This document shows, piece after piece, positions 61,045-64,000 of a stretch of DNA of 64,000 nucleotides. Every line of letters begins with the position of its first letter. The stretch's first letter is position 1. A program made the translations under genes and the position numbers. A model generated the notes under the pieces. That model did no database searches. It worked only from the letters and a program-made list of their open reading frames with translations, and was not told where the DNA came from. This stretch comes from Bilabrum cf. latius. Lineage: Eukaryota. The stretch lies in NCBI GenBank assembly GCA_965178125.1, contig OZ237746.1:1178001-1242000 (forward strand), given 5' to 3'.

Positions 61045-63246
61045 TCACTTCGATGAGGCGCTTGGTCTCGGACCGACAGCCTCGTAGTCGAACTGACGGA
61101 AGCCCCTCTGCAGGGCCGGGGACCCCTCCCGCAGGGTAAAGTTCCTGCCCTACGCGTCCACGAAGAGCGGATCCTGCACTGCGCTGTGGCTGTCCTGGCC
61201 CTGGGCCTGCCACTGCCCGAAGGTGGTTCCGTTCGGGAACCGCAGCAGGGCCTCGTCGCCCGCCGGGCTCGTCCAGTACACGTTGTCGTCGAAGCTCGTG
61301 TTCCGGTAATCCCGGTCCGCGGTCACGGGGCCCTGAGAGGCGAGCACCACGTTCCTCCTGAAGTCGAACCCGTGGGGAAGGTTCGGCCAGGTCGGGTTGC
61401 CCCCCGCGTTGCAGCTCTTGAGGGAGGTCCCGCTGGGCTGCCTGGCGGTGAATGCCACCACGTTGTTCTCCGCCCAGTGGTTGGCCCCGCAGTGGAAGTA
61501 CACCCCCGAGTCCCCAATGTCGTGGAAGATGTTCCCCGTCACGTTCACGTCCGAGGCCTGCTCATCCGTGTAGACCCCCTCCGAGCCGTAGTTGAAGTGC
61601 CGACCCATGGACACGAGGTTCTGGTACACCTCCGTGGGCACAGAGCAGTCGTTCGGGACGGGCCGGAAGCACGTGTTGTTGTTCGACGAGATGTAGATCC
61701 CGCCGAAATCAGACAAAATGCCCAGCCCGAAATCGTGCACTGCATTGTATCGCACCCTGAAGACAGGTTCCACCGGCATGACCGGCGGCTGGCGGGCGGG
61801 GCCACGTGCATTGAGGCTTCCTTTTCCCTTCCCACGCCCGCTCGGCGTGGGCCATCCGTGCTGCCAGCCCACGAGGATGCCCCCGTAGGAGCTGTGCCCC
61901 ACATCGCAGTGCTCAACGGTGATGTTGCGCTGCCCCCGCATGCGCACCCCCGCTGGCTGCGAGAGGAAGATCCTGCCCGTGTCGTTGACCACCGAGTCCG
62001 CCACCCGAATGTCGCTGTTCTGCTCGTTCATGAGCAGGCCATCCCCGCCGCAGTCCGACAGCATCGAGCGCAGCACCCCCACACTCGTCACGTTGCTGTG
62101 CAGCACCACGCAGGCCTGCCCCGCGTGCTGCACCTGCACGCCTTCCAGCGCGATCCCCGAGGCGTCCGCCACCTCCAGCGCGCCCCGGCTGGGGATGTAC
62201 GTGCGCGCGCGGGCGTCCATGCCCCCGTCCGTGGAGTGCTGCACCGCAATGCCCTGCATGGATATGTCCGTTGCGCCGGCCTCGATGCTCACCACGGTGC
62301 GGAGGCGAGGGACCACCACCCGGGAGCTCCCCGGATCGAACCCCGGAGGAGGCAGGAAATAAAGCTTGTTCCTCCCGGCGGCAGCGTCCCAGTACCACTC
62401 CCCCGGCTCATCCAGCCCCTCCCGCGCGTTGTCCACGAGGAACCGCTGGCCCCCCTGCACGGCGTACTGCCCCACGGCGCCTAGCGTCTGGTCGCGGAAC
62501 TGCACCGTGCCTGTGGACTCGTCGACGGACTGCACGCGCGCCCAGTCCGCCGTCCACGCATTGAACACCAGCACGCTCACGTTGGCCAGGTCGTACAGGC
62601 CGCTGTGCAGGAACTGCAGCGCGGACGGCTCTACCACCATGCCGGTGCGGTCGGCGGGCGGGCACCCCGCGCTGTTGACCGCACTGCCAGCCCCTCGCTC
62701 GATTCCGTTGGAATCAGCGGATGCGCACGGTTGGAGCGGCTTGGCCCACCGCGCGGTCGAATTGGGCCCGAGGAACCGCTGGTAGGCCTCGCTCGGGTCG
62801 CTCGGGACGGTGCGAGCACGCTGCATGCGAAACCCGTCACAGAACAGCTATGTCACCTCAATGCCTGCTGGAACTGAATATTCCAGAGTTCCAGCTGGGT
62901 ATGGTGCTGGCGCTGGCACCGGGTTTGACAGCAGACTGCCGCCAGACACCGTACCTGGACCTTTCCAAACTGTCCCGGAATCTGATGCATTCAGGACGAG
63001 GGTATCTGGCAGGTAGTGGGTGCCACCCTATAGATAAATGTTAACACGACGCACGGTTGTGCTCCCCTGGGCCTCTCGCGCCATGGCTTGGGCGAGCAGC
63101 GGCGAGTCCACTGGATCCTCGCGGTTGCCTTTGGCGCCTGGCCGGCCGCTGGGCGAGACGAAAATCTCAAGGAAGCTCCCGCTGGCATGTGCGATTGGTA
63201 CAATACATAAATGTACAAGTAGCAGCACCTTGGGTAAGACACGCAT
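61045..63246 (-). CDS. Secreted right-handed parallel beta-helix protein (pectin-lyase-like fold, GH141-like), intronless, 733 aa
   Basis: Signal peptide, then IFVSPSG...GNREDP, IYL*GGTHYL, VT*LFCDGFRMQRARTV, LDEPGEWYWD, LSDFGGIY, GVYTDE and DPLFVDA*GRNFTLREGSPA...GF. Three TAGs (63028, 62848, 61150). Ends TGA 61047-61045. Confidence 0.82.
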
Positions 63247-63366
63247 CAGTGAACGGGAATGGTAACGTTGGTATGCTTCGGTTGCATCATGTGGTGCTGA
63301 CGACGAGCAACTTTCAAGAGGAGTGCCGCAGTGCTGCATGCAGCTACCTAGACTAGACTATAGTCG

Positions 63367-64000
63367 TCAGAAGTCGTCCCCACCGAGCCCACCGAGCCCG
63401 CCCCCAAACAAAGCACCCCCTCCTGATACCCCGTCCCCAACACCCCCGAACTTGCCCGCCTCGTCCTCCTCCCCCATGGAGGACCCCTCGTCCTCCTCAC
63501 CCTCGTCCTCGTCCTCGTCGCTGCTACCGGCCCCCGCCCCCGCGCGGGGAGCACCTCCTTCCTTTGGCGGATTCTTGATAACCACCTCCTTCTCCTAATC
63601 CAGCAGATGCAAAAACTTGTCTTTCTACACATCTGGTACCAAGCGCTTATCGGTGGGCGCACTGCCAGCCGCCGTCGACGAGCTCGATATCATAGTGCCG
63701 CCCAGGCCGTCCACACCGCCGGCTGCGGCAACTTGCTTCTGATGCTGACTGATTGCATTGAATAGAGCAACAACACCTTTTGTGGCAATTCGTTTCAACT
63801 ATCTCTCGAACGGCTTGTCGAGCGGGTCCGGAGGCTGATGTGCCCGGCGACGAAGCCGTTTTCGTTCCTTTGCTCGCTCCTTTTGCTCCTTCTTTTCCTG
63901 CGCAAGCTTTTCTGTTCGTTTCTCTGAAGCCGTGTGTCGCTTTGCGAGCACAGGGTCCTGCTACCCGATGTCTTTGCCGAGAATGTGCTGCATGGCAACT
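63367..64000 (-). CDS. RRP15: RRP15-like ribosome biogenesis protein (5' end outside the window)
   Basis: With TAG read through (63799, 63625, 63595) the frame reads ...FER*LKRIATKGVVALFNAISQHQK...KDKFLHLL, the RRP15 signature, then an acidic tail ending TGA. Confidence 0.8.

Noticed and set aside
1-64000. Mass pseudogenisation or C>T hypermutation as the source of internal stops
   Set aside because: This would also create TAA (from CAA) and TGA (from CGA or TGG) plus frameshifts. Only TAG is seen, frames stay intact over 13.8 kb, and conserved housekeeping genes (RRP15, PMCA) are affected.
1-64000. Ciliate-type code (UAA and UAG both Gln)
   Set aside because: No internal TAA in any reconstructed gene, and three genes end plausibly at TAA.
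1-64000. RNA editing (A-to-I giving Trp, U-to-C giving CAG) or pyrrolysine at TAG
   Set aside because: Aligned positions are Gln, not Trp, and there is no Pyl context. U-to-C editing cannot be excluded without RNA data, but it is much less parsimonious for ~90 sites in diverse contexts.

Overview
Gene-dense, GC-rich eukaryotic nuclear DNA from a protist, probably a heterotrophic stramenopile (bicosoecid-like; lineage inferred, not proven). Introns are short, mostly GTGAG...GCAG. The main result is a non-standard nuclear genetic code: TAG is a sense codon, best read as Gln, while TAA and TGA remain stops. The supplied ORF track is fragmented because it treats TAG as stop. Reading TAG as Gln joins the fragments in frame into about 17 coherent genes with roughly 90 in-frame TAG codons (manual count) and no internal TAA or TGA. 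Of the 16 genes with a visible 3' end, 13 end in TGA, 3 in TAA and none in TAG. Genes: PHD-finger protein, IQ-motif protein, PaaI thioesterase, mastigoneme-like EGF protein, class I HDAC, tandem thioredoxin-like protein, two paralogous FG-GAP/mucin-stalk membrane proteins, MFSD1-like transporter, M6PR/ATG27-like receptor, TPR protein, MGAT5/GT18-like glycosyltransferase, a single-exon 4603-aa FG-GAP/REJ/GPS polycystin-1-like receptor, two convergent PMCA-type Ca2+-ATPases, a bacterial-like secreted beta-helix protein and partial RRP15. There is also a possible frameshifted RRP5-like remnant. I recognised no tRNA, rRNA, CRISPR array or transposon. Family assignments come from recalled motifs, not database searches.
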